Source of the DNA: Candidatus Omnitrophica bacterium UBA6249
Lineage (GTDB): Bacteria > Omnitrophota > Gorgyraeia > Gygaellales > Profunditerraquicolaceae
Reading direction: 5' to 3'
Assembly (NCBI GenBank): GCA_002441305.1
Contig: DJVT01000005.1
Location: 11,704-75,703 of the forward strand
Length of the DNA: 64,000 bases
In this document: piece by piece, positions 18,877 to 28,304 of the stretch
Numbering within the stretch: position 1 is the first letter of the stretch
Layout of the letters: each line of letters starts with the position of its first letter
Notes under the pieces: generated by a model
Database searches by the model: none
What the model was told of the DNA's origin: nothing
What the model saw: only the letters and a program-made list of their open reading frames with translations
Translations under genes and position numbers: made by a program

Positions 18877-19211
18877 TTTACGATACTCCCTAATTTAAGC
18901 TGCCTCCCGGGGCTTATAACCGATAGAGACGTATCGTCTGAACCGGCCAGAATCATCCCCTGGCTTTCTACTCCGCGCAAAACTACCGGCTCAAGATTAT
19001 CTATCACTACTACAAGCTTACCGAGCAGGTCTTCCCTGGAATAAAAATTCCTGATTCCGGCCACTACTTGCTTTTGACGGTCTCCTAAATCCAGGGTTAA
19101 AACCAGCAGTTTGTCTGCATTGGGATGTTCGGTTACGTCCCTTATCTGCGCTATTCTCAAATCCAGTTTCTTGAAATCGTCGATAGTCGCCATCTTCTCT
19201 CCTTTAGGCAT
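18873..19211 (-). CDS. tRNA-binding domain protein (CsaA/Trbp111/MetRS C-terminal-like)
   Basis: DLRIAQIRDVTEHPNADKLLVLTLDLG..QVVAGIRNFY..VVVIDNLEPVVLRGVESQGMILA is the canonical OB-fold tRNA-binding domain. Confidence 0.8.
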   Translation of the reverse strand: MPKGEKMATIDDFKKLDLRIAQIRDVTEHPNADKLLVLTLDLGDRQKQVVAGIRNFYSREDLLGKLVVVIDNLEPVVLRGVESQGMILAGSDDTSLSVISPGRQLKLGSIVK

Positions 19212-19310
19212 ACAAATAACACCGGCGGGGAAGCTTCTGCCCCCTTGCTTAAAATGTCTAAATCAAACTTGTATTATGGTAACATCCGCGGCGGGAAAAC
19301 TCAAGACAAT

Positions 19311-19336
19311 AAAGGACGCCGGAAAAGGCGTCCTTT
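19311..19336 (-). terminator. candidate intrinsic terminator after tRNA-Asp
   Basis: Minus strand AAAGGACGCC-TTTTCC-GGCGTCCTTT followed by ATTGTCTT. 8-10 bp GC-rich stem. The U-tract is imperfect. Confidence 0.4.
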
Positions 19337-19345
19337 AAAAATATA

Positions 19346-19424
19346 TGGCGGGGCCGACGAGATTTGAACTCGCGATTTCCTCCGTGACAGGGAGGCGCCT
19401 TGAACCAGACTAGGCCACGACCCC
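19346..19424 (-). tRNA. tRNA-Asp (GTC), CCA encoded
   Basis: Hand-folded cloverleaf: acceptor GGGGTCG/CGGCCCC, anticodon arm CCTCC-CTGTCAC-GGAGG, T-loop TTCAAAT. Confidence 0.9.
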
Positions 19425-19526
19425 AGCAGATAAAATACAAATTGTGCGCGTAGCTTTGTGATCTCCGCTGAGAATTACGACTTATTTAATATACTCGATT
19501 TTTATATAAAATCCAGTATTATTTAA

Positions 19527-19603
19527 TGGTGGGCGATAGAGGAGTTGAACCCCTGACCTTCTGAATGTAAGTCAGACGCTCTAACCAACTGAGCTAATCG
19601 CCC
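19527..19603 (-). tRNA. tRNA-Val (TAC), CCA encoded
   Basis: Acceptor GGGCGAT/ATCGCCC, D-arm GCTCAGTTGGTTAGAGC, anticodon arm TCTGA-CTTACAT-TCAGA. Confidence 0.9.
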
Positions 19604-19618
19604 CCAAATCATATAGAT

Positions 19619-20068
19619 TTACATCTTCCCCAGGATAATCAGGGTAAAGACCATTACAAAAAGGGCCACTGTTTCGACGATCCCCACGACCGCCAGGTAA
19701 TTGCCAAATCCTTTGCCGGTCTCTCCCATCGCATCGCAGGCGCAGGCGCCGCATCTTCCCTGGAAATAAGCCGAAAGCCCGATCGCCAGGCCGGCGAAAG
19801 CGCCGACCCCCCAGAGATACTGCCCCCTGGCGGCCAACTCGTACATTTTGGTCATTACGATATTTCCGTAAATCGTCTGGGTCAAAGGCGCGCCAACCAG
19901 GGCGACAAGGAGGAAGGAGGCGCTCTTGTTCTGGCTGAAATTCTTCTTCCAGGCCCCCACCGCCGCCATCCCGGCGACCCCTGTGCCAAAGGCGGAACCG
20001 CAGGCCGCCAGGGCAAAAACCATAATAAAACCCAAATCCTTGAACTGTAATATTACTCCACTATCCAT
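19619..20068 (-). CDS. atpK: V-type ATPase proteolipid subunit K (4-TM, duplicated hairpin)
   Basis: 149 aa, Gly/Ala-rich helices. One essential carboxylate in the last helix (GIVETVALF), plus PLTQT and YFQG polar motifs. Confidence 0.85.
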   Translation of the reverse strand: MDSGVILQFKDLGFIMVFALAACGSAFGTGVAGMAAVGAWKKNFSQNKSASFLLVALVGAPLTQTIYGNIVMTKMYELAARGQYLWGVGAFAGLAIGLSAYFQGRCGACACDAMGETGKGFGNYLAVVGIVETVALFVMVFTLIILGKM

Positions 20069-20098
20069 TTTTTCTCCTTTTCCGCGAATGGTTGTTAG

Positions 20099-21871
20099 TT
20101 ATTCCGTCTCCCTGGCAAATGGCTTGTAATCAAATCCGCTCCAGCTCACCCCAAGATGACTGCAAAACTCAAGGACGTTAAGTCTCACCCCATGCACCAG
20201 AACCGACATCAAACCCAGGATAATATTCAGGACGTGACCGCAGATTAATATCAGGACCGCTGCCCCTAGAGTAAAGAAATTCCCTTTTTCCACGACCCCG
20301 GCCGCCATGTTATTAAAGGCGTCGGCGATCGCCACGGTCGCCAGGCCTACCGCAAAAAGCCTGATATAAGAAACTACGTCGGTAAAATTATTGACCAGGC
20401 TCAAGGCGATCGTCCCCAGCCCCGAAGCGGCAGCCTTAAAGATATTCTTCTGCGGGCTGGCAAAAAACAACACCAGCGCCAGGCCGGCAATGATCAATCC
20501 CCCTCCGCAAGAGGGAAAACCCCCCCCCAGGATCAAGCTGTCGGCAAGAAAGAACGCCGCCCAGATAATGCAAATCCAGCCGGCATCCGCCAGAGCGGAC
20601 AAAGAGGGAAGTTTCACAATCCCCTTCCAGGCGTGGGCCAGGGTCAAATGCAGGGCCCCCAGGAAAAAACAAAATTTCTGGATAAAAACGGTATCGGTCA
20701 AAACCGGCAAAAGTGGCTTGATCCCCAGGCTCAACAGCCAGGATTGGCCGAAAAATGTCCCCGTCAACAACCCCCATATCATAGCGCAAGAACTCAGGAT
20801 GTAAAAGAGAAAAAATGCGCTTTTGTCCTTGATCCTGCTGCCGAACTTGCGATGGACCCAGAGATTGAGCAGGAAATAAACCAATCCGTACCCGGCGTCT
20901 CCGATCAGGATCCCGAAAAAAACACTGAAGAAAATGATAAAAAGTAAGCTGATATCCAGCTCGTGGTAACCCGGAACGAGCTCCAGCAATTTAAGCAGGG
21001 GTTTGATAAAAGCTACCCAGCGGGGGTTACGCAAAAGTGTCGGGACCTCATCTTTCTCGTCCGGGTCCAGGGTAAAAATCCCCCACCCCTTTTTCTTGAC
21101 GCAGGAAACGAACTCCGCCTCTTTTTCCGACGGCAAATACCCTTTCAGGTACACTAATTCTCCGGCCTCGGCGGCTCCGTTCAGTGTTTCGAAAAAATTC
21201 TTTTTATAAATCAGCGACCTTCTCCCCTCGAGCACAGATTTACGGTAAGCGCCATAATCCTCCAGTTGTTTCCGGATCGTCTCCATCGCCCCGGCGTCTT
21301 CGGACAGCCTCCGGCGCATCTGCGACAGGGAGAGTCTCGGCGGATCCAATTCCTTGAAGCCTGAAGGGGCATCCTGCCGGCTGACCAGAATGCAATTCTC
21401 CACCGCTCCCTCCGAAAAAACTATTTTTACGGCCGTTTCCGGGCCAATCCCCTTCAAACTTTCCCGCGGGACCTGACAAAACTTCACGTATACGCCGGCA
21501 TCCGCCAGGCGCTTTATTTCCTGCGGGTCAAAATCCCCCCAGGGAGACCAACGGTCAATCGCGGATTTTAAGGTAACGGAATATTCCTTAAGCTGATCCA
21601 GCCTCTTCTGGAGATCCACGACATGGTGGCAAAATGACAATAGATCATCTTTTAAAGGCTCTTCGCCCTGCGGTGTTTTCTGCCAGGAGGACAAGATCAA
21701 AACCGCCTGGTCCGTCACGGCGATATTTTCACCAAGGGAAGATACCTCCTCCCCGGCGGGAGGCCTTTGGTGCTCGACATGCAATAACCCCAAAGAGGCC
21801 AGCTCCGACAAAGAATCCCGGGCATGATTCTTTTGCAAAAAAAGAAAAGCTTTTTTCATCGGAACAATCAT
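20099..21871 (-). CDS. atpI: V-type ATPase subunit I (a-subunit)
   Basis: 590 aa. Soluble N-terminal half, C-terminal multi-TM half containing SYIRLFAVGLA (the conserved Arg helix). Confidence 0.85.
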   Translation of the reverse strand: MIVPMKKAFLFLQKNHARDSLSELASLGLLHVEHQRPPAGEEVSSLGENIAVTDQAVLILSSWQKTPQGEEPLKDDLLSFCHHVVDLQKRLDQLKEYSVTLKSAIDRWSPWGDFDPQEIKRLADAGVYVKFCQVPRESLKGIGPETAVKIVFSEGAVENCILVSRQDAPSGFKELDPPRLSLSQMRRRLSEDAGAMETIRKQLEDYGAYRKSVLEGRRSLIYKKNFFETLNGAAEAGELVYLKGYLPSEKEAEFVSCVKKKGWGIFTLDPDEKDEVPTLLRNPRWVAFIKPLLKLLELVPGYHELDISLLFIIFFSVFFGILIGDAGYGLVYFLLNLWVHRKFGSRIKDKSAFFLFYILSSCAMIWGLLTGTFFGQSWLLSLGIKPLLPVLTDTVFIQKFCFFLGALHLTLAHAWKGIVKLPSLSALADAGWICIIWAAFFLADSLILGGGFPSCGGGLIIAGLALVLFFASPQKNIFKAAASGLGTIALSLVNNFTDVVSYIRLFAVGLATVAIADAFNNMAAGVVEKGNFFTLGAAVLILICGHVLNIILGLMSVLVHGVRLNVLEFCSHLGVSWSGFDYKPFARETE

Positions 21872-22485
21872 ACCATCGCCTCTTCCCGGACCAGTCCTTC
21901 AATCTTCCTTTTGGCGATTTTGCTGCGACCAACCGCGTTCGCCATCTGGTCACCGATATAAATCTTGATAAGACGGATGTTCTCCTCCGCCTCAGGAATC
22001 TTTACCTTCTCAAACAGGTTTACCCTCTGCGTAGTAACCCTCAACTCCCGGCGCAGAATCTCGATACCCTCCCGCAAGATCCCAATTTCCCTCTCCAGGG
22101 CAACCATTTCTCTCAAGGACTGTACTGCATTATCGAACCAGAGCGGGGTCAAAAAAAGATCATACTCCGCCGTAGCGAATACCAGAGAATCAAAAATCGG
22201 GACATCCACCCCGGCGATATTCTTGGAACGGGTAAGCGTCTTTTCCGGCTTCAAAAAGGGACGAACCCCTTCCGGGGATTCAGACAAAAGCCCGGCCCAG
22301 GCGAGAATCCCCTGTCTTTTTTTCTCCAGGGACTGCCCGACTTTCTGTAAAACCGCATTCTGCTGCAGAATCTCCAGCTGCAGTTGCTGTTTTTTAAGCT
22401 GCAGTGTGGGTAAATAACGCAGGAATTGTTTTAAGGCGTCACGCTGTCTTTTCAGCTCGCCCTTGGTAAACTTAACCTTTGCCAT
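21868..22485 (-). CDS. atpD: V-type ATPase subunit D (central stalk)
   Basis: MAKVKFTKGELKRQRDALKQFLRYLPTLQLKKQQL.. is the typical long-helix D subunit. 4-nt overlap with subunit I. Confidence 0.85.
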   Translation of the reverse strand: MAKVKFTKGELKRQRDALKQFLRYLPTLQLKKQQLQLEILQQNAVLQKVGQSLEKKRQGILAWAGLLSESPEGVRPFLKPEKTLTRSKNIAGVDVPIFDSLVFATAEYDLFLTPLWFDNAVQSLREMVALEREIGILREGIEILRRELRVTTQRVNLFEKVKIPEAEENIRLIKIYIGDQMANAVGRSKIAKRKIEGLVREEAMV

Positions 22486-22534
22486 CGCGCTTCTTTCGAT
22501 ACCCGTTTCCCGGCCGCCGTCCCTTTTTTATTTT

Positions 22535-23827
22535 TTAACGCGGCCAGAACTGTTGAATTACCGAAAGTTTAATCCCGGTTTCCTCCGGGGTAAAACAGTC
22601 GGACAAAATCTTCCAGCCCAAATCCAGGGCCTTCTCCAGGGAGATATTAACCTTCAGGGACATCATATTGCTCTCAAAAAGCGCCCCGTATTTCAGCAGT
22701 TTCTGATCCCAGGCGCTCATCTGAAAACCCATGGATTGCTTTTCCAGCGTCTCCCGGTAACTGGCAAAGAGTTGAATCATAGTGTCCATGATCGTGCGGT
22801 GGTCGGCGCGGGTTTTTCCGTTTACCTGCTGCTTAAGGCGGCTCAGGGAACCGAAGGGTTCGATTACCCCGGATTTCAGGTAAAACTGCCCTTCGGTAAT
22901 ATAACCGGTGTTATCCGGCACAGGGTGGGTAACGTCATCCCCGGGCATGGTGGTAGCGGCAAGAATAGTAATGGAGCCCGCTCCTTCGAAATCCACCGCC
23001 TTTTCGTAACGGGCGGCCAGCTGGCTGTAAAGGTCGCCGGGATAACCGCGGTTGGAAGGAACCTGCTCCATGGTAATGGCGATCTCCTTCAGGGAATCGG
23101 CGAAATTCGTCATGTCGGTCAGGAGCACCAGAACCCTCTTGCCGGAAAGGGCGAAATTCTCGGCAACCGCCAGACTGATATCCGGCACTAGAAGACATTC
23201 CACAGTGGGGTCGGAAGCGGTATGCATGAAAAAGATACAGCGGGAAAGGGCGCCGTGGGCATTCAAGGTATCCCGGAAAAAAAGATAATCGTCATGTTTT
23301 AGGCCCATCCCCCCCACGATAATGATATCCACCTCCGCCTGAATTGCAATACGGGCCAACAGTTCGTTGTAGGGCTCTCCAGCAATGGAGAAAATCGGCA
23401 GCTTCTGGGATTCCACCAAAGAGTTAAAAACATCGATCATCGGAATGCCGGTACGGATAATCTTCGACGGCACCACCCTCCGGGAAGGGTTCACCGAAGG
23501 GGAGCCGATATCGGTCAGCCCTTCGGAAAGAAGCGGGCCGTGATCGAGAGGAACGCCGCTGCCGTTAAAGATGCGTCCGAGAAGCTCCTCGCCGGTGGCT
23601 ACCCGCATGGGATGACCCAAAAACCTAACCCGGTCTCCGGTGGCAATCCCGCGGGTACCCGCGAATACCTGCAGGGAGACCTTCTTGCCTTCAATACGGA
23701 TGACCTGGGCCAGGGATACCCCGCGCCGGGTGGTAATCTGGGCAATATCGGAATACCCTACTCCTTCGGCCTCCACCGTAATAACATCTCCCGCGATCTG
23801 AATAATATTAGTATAGGATTTTTGCAT
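22535..23827 (-). CDS. atpB: V-type ATPase subunit B (non-catalytic)
   Basis: 430 aa. [16 protein letters not shown] and [19 protein letters not shown] are typical of the A/V-type B subunit. There is no P-loop. Confidence 0.9.
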   Translation of the reverse strand: MQKSYTNIIQIAGDVITVEAEGVGYSDIAQITTRRGVSLAQVIRIEGKKVSLQVFAGTRGIATGDRVRFLGHPMRVATGEELLGRIFNGSGVPLDHGPLLSEGLTDIGSPSVNPSRRVVPSKIIRTGIPMIDVFNSLVESQKLPIFSIAGEPYNELLARIAIQAEVDIIIVGGMGLKHDDYLFFRDTLNAHGALSRCIFFMHTASDPTVECLLVPDISLAVAENFALSGKRVLVLLTDMTNFADSLKEIAITMEQVPSNRGYPGDLYSQLAARYEKAVDFEGAGSITILAATTMPGDDVTHPVPDNTGYITEGQFYLKSGVIEPFGSLSRLKQQVNGKTRADHRTIMDTMIQLFASYRETLEKQSMGFQMSAWDQKLLKYGALFESNMMSLKVNISLEKALDLGWKILSDCFTPEETGIKLSVIQQFWPR

Positions 23828-23829
23828 CT

Positions 23830-25572
23830 TTATTTCTCTTTCTTAAGCCCCTTGCTTTCCAGCAGGGTTGAAATTTGTTCTTCGTTCTTTTTGAATTCCG
23901 GACTGCCGTAAGAAGCGGAATTCCAAGTGCGCATCAACTGGCGCAGGCTTTGGAAGAAATGCAGGGCGGAGGCCTTGTCCTGGAGGTCGTAATCCGTTTT
24001 GAGTATCCCGCCAATAAAGTCCAGAAGATAAACCTGCCTCTCCTTGGTGGTCGCCTCATCCACCGGGTCAAAGGCGTTCTGCTGCAGGTAAACAAAATCG
24101 AAGAACTCGCTTTTAAGGTATTCGATGTAATCTTTCAGAGAAGTCCCCTCTTCCCCGATAACCTTCATCATCTGGGATATCTCGTTACCGCGGCGCAGCA
24201 GGGCGTGCAGCTTCTCCCGGTTTTCGGATTTCACAAAACCTTCATATTTGCTCCAACTGATCAGAGGATCGATCGCCGGATACTTGCGCGCATCGGAACG
24301 CTCACGGGAAAGGCCGTGGAAGGCTCCCACCACCTTAAGGGTCGCCTGGGTAACCGGCTCTTCGAAATTCCCGCCTGCCGGGCTCACTGCCCCCCCGATG
24401 GTAACCGAACCGGTCTGGCCCGAACGCAGCCGGACCACCCCCGCGCGTTCATAAAAAGAAGCGATGCGCGACTCAAGATAGGCGGGAAACGCCTCCTCGC
24501 CCGGGATCTCCTCAAGCCTGCCGCTCATCTCGCGCATCGCCTGCGCCCAGCGCGAGGTGGAATCCGCCAAAAGCAGGACATTCAACCCCATCTGGCGGTA
24601 ATACTCGGCTATGGTTACGGCGGTATAAACGCTGGATTCACGCGCGGCAACCGGCATCGAACTGGTATTGCAAATTATTATAGTGCGGTCGATCAAGGGT
24701 TTTTTGGTACGCGGGTCGGTAAGCCCGGGGAAGGTCTTCAGGGTCTCGACAACCTCCCCGGCGCGCTCCCCGCAGGCGGCGATAATCACGATATCCACCT
24801 CGGCGTGCCGGCTGATAAGCTGCTGCAGAACCGTCTTGCCCGCCCCAAAAGGACCCGGGGTACAATAAGTTCCCCCGCGGTTGACGGGAAAGAGGGAGTC
24901 GATCAGGCGCATCTTGGTTACCAGGGGTTCCATCGGCCTCAATTTCTCCGCGTAGGCAAAGATCGGTATCTTCACCGGCCAGAGCTGCTGCAGGCATACC
25001 TCGTGCAAGGAACCCGAGGAATCCCGCAGGCGGGCGACCGGTTGTTTTAAATTGTATTTTCCGGCAGGTGAGATACTTTCCACCTCCAGGGTCCCGGAAA
25101 GGGCAAAAGGCGCCATGATGTAATGCCGGAATATCTTCTCCGGGACAAAACCCAGCCAGCTGCCGGCCATTACCTTATCCCCGGGTTTGACCAACGGGGT
25201 AAAATCCCATTGAGCCTCATCCGGGAGGGCCTCAAGATATACCCCGCGCTTGAGGAAGAATCCGCACTTCTCGGCCAGGGCCGGCAGAGGATTCTGCAGA
25301 CCGTCAAAAATCTGCCCCAGGAGCCCCGGACCGAGCTCCACCGAAAGCAGCTCGCCGGTAAACTCCACGGTATCGCCCGTCCTTAATCCCTGCGTGCTCT
25401 CGTAAACCTGCATCTCCGCCTGGTCGCCGCGCACGCGGATGACCTCCGCCTTCAGACGTTCCTGGCCGCAAACAATATAAGCGACCTCGTTCTGGACGAT
25501 CTGGCCGGCAACCTGCGCCGTCACCATATTGGCGTTAACCTTAATAACTTGTCCGGTCCTTTTGTTTTCCAT
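23830..25572 (-). CDS. atpA: V-type ATPase catalytic subunit A
   Basis: 580 aa. Walker A GPFGAGKT, Walker B-region [13 protein letters not shown], and the non-homologous insert typical of A subunits. Confidence 0.9.
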   Translation of the reverse strand: MENKRTGQVIKVNANMVTAQVAGQIVQNEVAYIVCGQERLKAEVIRVRGDQAEMQVYESTQGLRTGDTVEFTGELLSVELGPGLLGQIFDGLQNPLPALAEKCGFFLKRGVYLEALPDEAQWDFTPLVKPGDKVMAGSWLGFVPEKIFRHYIMAPFALSGTLEVESISPAGKYNLKQPVARLRDSSGSLHEVCLQQLWPVKIPIFAYAEKLRPMEPLVTKMRLIDSLFPVNRGGTYCTPGPFGAGKTVLQQLISRHAEVDIVIIAACGERAGEVVETLKTFPGLTDPRTKKPLIDRTIIICNTSSMPVAARESSVYTAVTIAEYYRQMGLNVLLLADSTSRWAQAMREMSGRLEEIPGEEAFPAYLESRIASFYERAGVVRLRSGQTGSVTIGGAVSPAGGNFEEPVTQATLKVVGAFHGLSRERSDARKYPAIDPLISWSKYEGFVKSENREKLHALLRRGNEISQMMKVIGEEGTSLKDYIEYLKSEFFDFVYLQQNAFDPVDEATTKERQVYLLDFIGGILKTDYDLQDKASALHFFQSLRQLMRTWNSASYGSPEFKKNEEQISTLLESKGLKKEK

Positions 25573-25574
25573 CG

Positions 25575-26105
25575 TTAATTCAAAACCGCCTCCTCTAACA
25601 AACGTTCCTTGTCCGCCTTCTGTACTTTATCCCAGCGCTCAAGGATCATCAGTTTCAATCCGTAAACCAGGAGAAACTCAAAATCAAAATAATGCCCGAA
25701 CCCCAGTCCTTCCAAAAACTCCCAACGCGCCCCGTCCAACAGCTTCTCCGCATCCAGAGCCGAAACGCTCCGGTAAGCATTCATCGCCACATGACTGATC
25801 TCCGAACGCGGCTCTTCGGGAAATCGCAGGAACCGGGCGGGATCCGTCTTTTTGCGGGCCGCCCTGGCGCGCGCCAGTTCATTGCGCAGGGTAATTTCAA
25901 AAACGGCCCACTCCCTCAAAACCGCCGGGGCGCGGGGGGAAAGAAAAAATTCCCGGTGTTCCCTCAATCCGCCAAGCATCCGGTACTCCTTCTCCGGTAT
26001 CAGGTCCCGGCAACGGGCCAAAAATTCCTCAAAGCCAAACGGCGGACGTGCGGAAAAGCTTAAAAACGGCAGACTGGAAATTAAATATACGTAATACGCC
26101 GGCAT
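25575..26105 (-). CDS. DUF2764-like protein (putative C/d-subunit substitute of compact V-ATPase operons)
   Basis: 176 aa and helical. It sits between subunits E and A, as in the Bacteroidota/Chlamydiota-type E-DUF2764-A-B-D-I-K operons I recall. The family call is from position and size, not from a search. Confidence 0.5.
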   Translation of the reverse strand: MPAYYVYLISSLPFLSFSARPPFGFEEFLARCRDLIPEKEYRMLGGLREHREFFLSPRAPAVLREWAVFEITLRNELARARAARKKTDPARFLRFPEEPRSEISHVAMNAYRSVSALDAEKLLDGARWEFLEGLGFGHYFDFEFLLVYGLKLMILERWDKVQKADKERLLEEAVLN

Positions 26106-26707
26106 TACTCACCGTCCAATATTTTCTTTAACTCCGGACGCAGGGATCCGGAAAGAAAATCACCCAGAGCCTGTCCGCTGAAATCAAAAACCGACTTGCC
26201 ACCGTCAAAACTGATCGTAAAACCGCTCTCCATGCCTTCGGAGGAGCTCAAGGTTATACCTTTCTTGGTCTCCTCGACCAGTTGTTTCAAAAATTCCTTT
26301 TCCAGCTTTTCCTTATCCTGCGGGCTTAAAGAAACTACCACCTGTGACCCCGAAGAGAGCGGGGTATTTTTGACCAAAGCGGAAATGATCCCGGCCAACT
26401 CCGCCCCGGTCATCACCTGTTTCAGGTCCGCCCTTACCAGCCTCTCGAGCATCGCGTTTATCTCCTGCCTCAGGCCGATAAGCAGGTCACGCCCGGACTG
26501 CTTCAGGGCGGCGCGGGTGGACTCCTCCATTCTTTCGGTATCCACTTTTGCCTCCGCGACAATCTTCTCCGCCTCGCTCCTGGCCTCCGAGATCAGGCGA
26601 GAGGCCTCCTTTTCGGCTTCGGATTTTATCTGCGCGGCCTCCTCTTGAGCCTTCTCTACACCCTCCTGACGGATCTTTGCGATCAAATCATCAATTTCCT
26701 GCGCCAT
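26105..26707 (-). CDS. atpE: V-type ATPase subunit E (peripheral stalk)
   Basis: N-terminal long Glu/Ala/Lys helix (IAKIRQEGVEKAQEEAAQIKSEAEKEA) and a globular C-terminus. Confidence 0.8.
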   Translation of the reverse strand: MAQEIDDLIAKIRQEGVEKAQEEAAQIKSEAEKEASRLISEARSEAEKIVAEAKVDTERMEESTRAALKQSGRDLLIGLRQEINAMLERLVRADLKQVMTGAELAGIISALVKNTPLSSGSQVVVSLSPQDKEKLEKEFLKQLVEETKKGITLSSSEGMESGFTISFDGGKSVFDFSGQALGDFLSGSLRPELKKILDGE

Positions 26708-27389
26708 TTAACTCCCCCAATATCTCTCTTGCCCGCGATAACGGGTCGTCCGCCTTAAGAATCGGCCGGCCGATCACCAAAAAATCACTCCCAGCTTTTG
26801 CGGCCTCCGCCGCGGTCGCCGTCCTTTTCTGGTCGTCCGCCGCGGAAATCCCGGGACGTATTCCCGGGGTAACGATAACAAAATCCTTTCGGATCTTTTT
26901 CCTCAAACACCCTGCCTCACGAGCCGAACATACTATCCCGTCCAGGCCATCCCGCAAGCCTTGCCGGGCAAGAGAGAAAACCTCCCCCGTATCGGCTTCC
27001 TGGCTGGTAAGAACCGTCACCCCGAGCAAAAGGGGCCGGGAAACCTTCAGGATTCTCGCCTGCCGGGCGGCCGCTTCCACCGCAGCTTTCAGCATAAGGC
27101 TGCCGCCGGAAACATGCAGGGTCAACATCCCGACCTCCAGGCGCACCGCCGCTTCCACCGCCCCCGCCACGGTATTGGGGATATCGAAATACTTGAGATC
27201 CAAGAAAACCTGGGCCCCTTTTTTCCGGATCATCTCCACCACCCGGGGGCCGTAAGAGGTAAAAAGACGGCTGCCAACCTTAAAAATATTGATCTCGGGA
27301 TAAATCCGGTTTACGAAACTCCTTGCCTCCTCCAGAGTATCCACATCTAAAGCGAGGATAAGCCGGGGATTGCTTTTCAATCTTGACAT
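26691..27389 (-). CDS. pyrF: orotidine 5'-phosphate decarboxylase
   Basis: LILALDV, FLDLKYFDIPNTV (the DxKxxD catalytic motif) and VIGRPI. Confidence 0.9.
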   Translation of the reverse strand: MSRLKSNPRLILALDVDTLEEARSFVNRIYPEINIFKVGSRLFTSYGPRVVEMIRKKGAQVFLDLKYFDIPNTVAGAVEAAVRLEVGMLTLHVSGGSLMLKAAVEAAARQARILKVSRPLLLGVTVLTSQEADTGEVFSLARQGLRDGLDGIVCSAREAGCLRKKIRKDFVIVTPGIRPGISAADDQKRTATAAEAAKAGSDFLVIGRPILKADDPLSRAREILGELNGAGN

Positions 27390-28300
27390 AATTTCAGACT
27401 CCCCTTCAACCGGCTCAGCTCCGGAATGCCGTTGTCAATCAGGTAACGCTCTAAACCGTGGATAACCTCCAGGCAGGCGCGGGGATTGACAAAATTAACT
27501 GTCCCCAAACTTACGGCAGCGGCGCCGGCGAGAAAAAACTCCAGCGCGCTTTCGGTATCCATTATACCACCCATCCCGATAATGGGAATATTAATTTTAT
27601 GGTATACCTCCCAGACCATTCTTACGGCTACCGGCCTGATCGCCGGCCCGCTCAAACCTCCGATACAAGAGGCGATTTTAGGTATACGCCTCTGCACATC
27701 TATACTCATCCCCGTAAGCGTATTGATTAAAGAAACGGCATCACTTCCCGCATCCTGCGCCGCTAAAGCGATTTCGGAAACGGAAGCGACATTGGGGGAA
27801 AGCTTGGTAATCAGGCATTTATCCGTTACCCTGCGCACTGCGCTGACCAGGGCAAATGTATCTTTGGGGTCCTGGGCGATAAGTTTATCCTTGCGCATAT
27901 TCGGACAGGAGATATTCAGCTCTATGGCGGAAACCGCGCCAATCCCGCCAAGTTTTTCCGCAAGGGTAAAAAACTCTCCGCTATCCTCCTCCGCTGCGAT
28001 ACTTACCACCAAAGGCACACCCAGCTTCTTCAAGAAAGGCATTTTATCACTGATGAAATTGTCCAGTCCGGGATTCTCCAAGCCGATGGAATTCAAAAGG
28101 CCCGCGGGCGTCTCGCATGTGCGGGGCGGCAGATTGCCGTTACGCGCTTTTACGGTTATGGTCTTGGTAACGATCGCCCCCAATTTTTTCAGGTCGATGA
28201 AATCTTTGAATTCTTCGGCGTAACCGAAAGTGCCGGAAGCGACCATCACCGGGTTATCCAAAACAAGACTGCCTATCTTTACTCGTAAATCCGGTCTCAT
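27377..28300 (-). CDS. pyrD: dihydroorotate dehydrogenase 1B, catalytic subunit
   Basis: NPVMVASGTFGY, ELNISCPN (catalytic Cys), GGLSGPAIRPVA, IIGMGGI. Confidence 0.9.
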   Translation of the reverse strand: MRPDLRVKIGSLVLDNPVMVASGTFGYAEEFKDFIDLKKLGAIVTKTITVKARNGNLPPRTCETPAGLLNSIGLENPGLDNFISDKMPFLKKLGVPLVVSIAAEEDSGEFFTLAEKLGGIGAVSAIELNISCPNMRKDKLIAQDPKDTFALVSAVRRVTDKCLITKLSPNVASVSEIALAAQDAGSDAVSLINTLTGMSIDVQRRIPKIASCIGGLSGPAIRPVAVRMVWEVYHKINIPIIGMGGIMDTESALEFFLAGAAAVSLGTVNFVNPRACLEVIHGLERYLIDNGIPELSRLKGSLKLCQD

Positions 28301-28304
28301 AGTT

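Noticed and set aside
20520-20528. C9 homopolymer (G9 on the coding strand) inside the V-ATPase I subunit gene, a possible slipped-strand phase-variation tract
   Set aside because: The reading frame is intact and the tract simply encodes Gly-Gly-Gly in a TM segment. There is no evidence of variation from a single sequence. It is worth a glance in the read pile-ups only.
22463-23191. 242-aa plus-strand ORF
   Set aside because: It is antisense to the V-ATPase B and D genes. It is a shadow ORF.
23875-25050. 391-aa plus-strand ORF in the track
   Set aside because: It is entirely antisense to the well-supported V-ATPase A subunit gene. The translation is Arg/Gly/Leu/Pro-rich and low in complexity, with no recognisable motif. 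This is typical of a shadow ORF opposite a long gene.
26548-27255. 235-aa plus-strand ORF spanning the atpE/pyrF junction
   Set aside because: It is antisense to two confidently assigned genes. The translation is Pro/Ser/Arg-rich.
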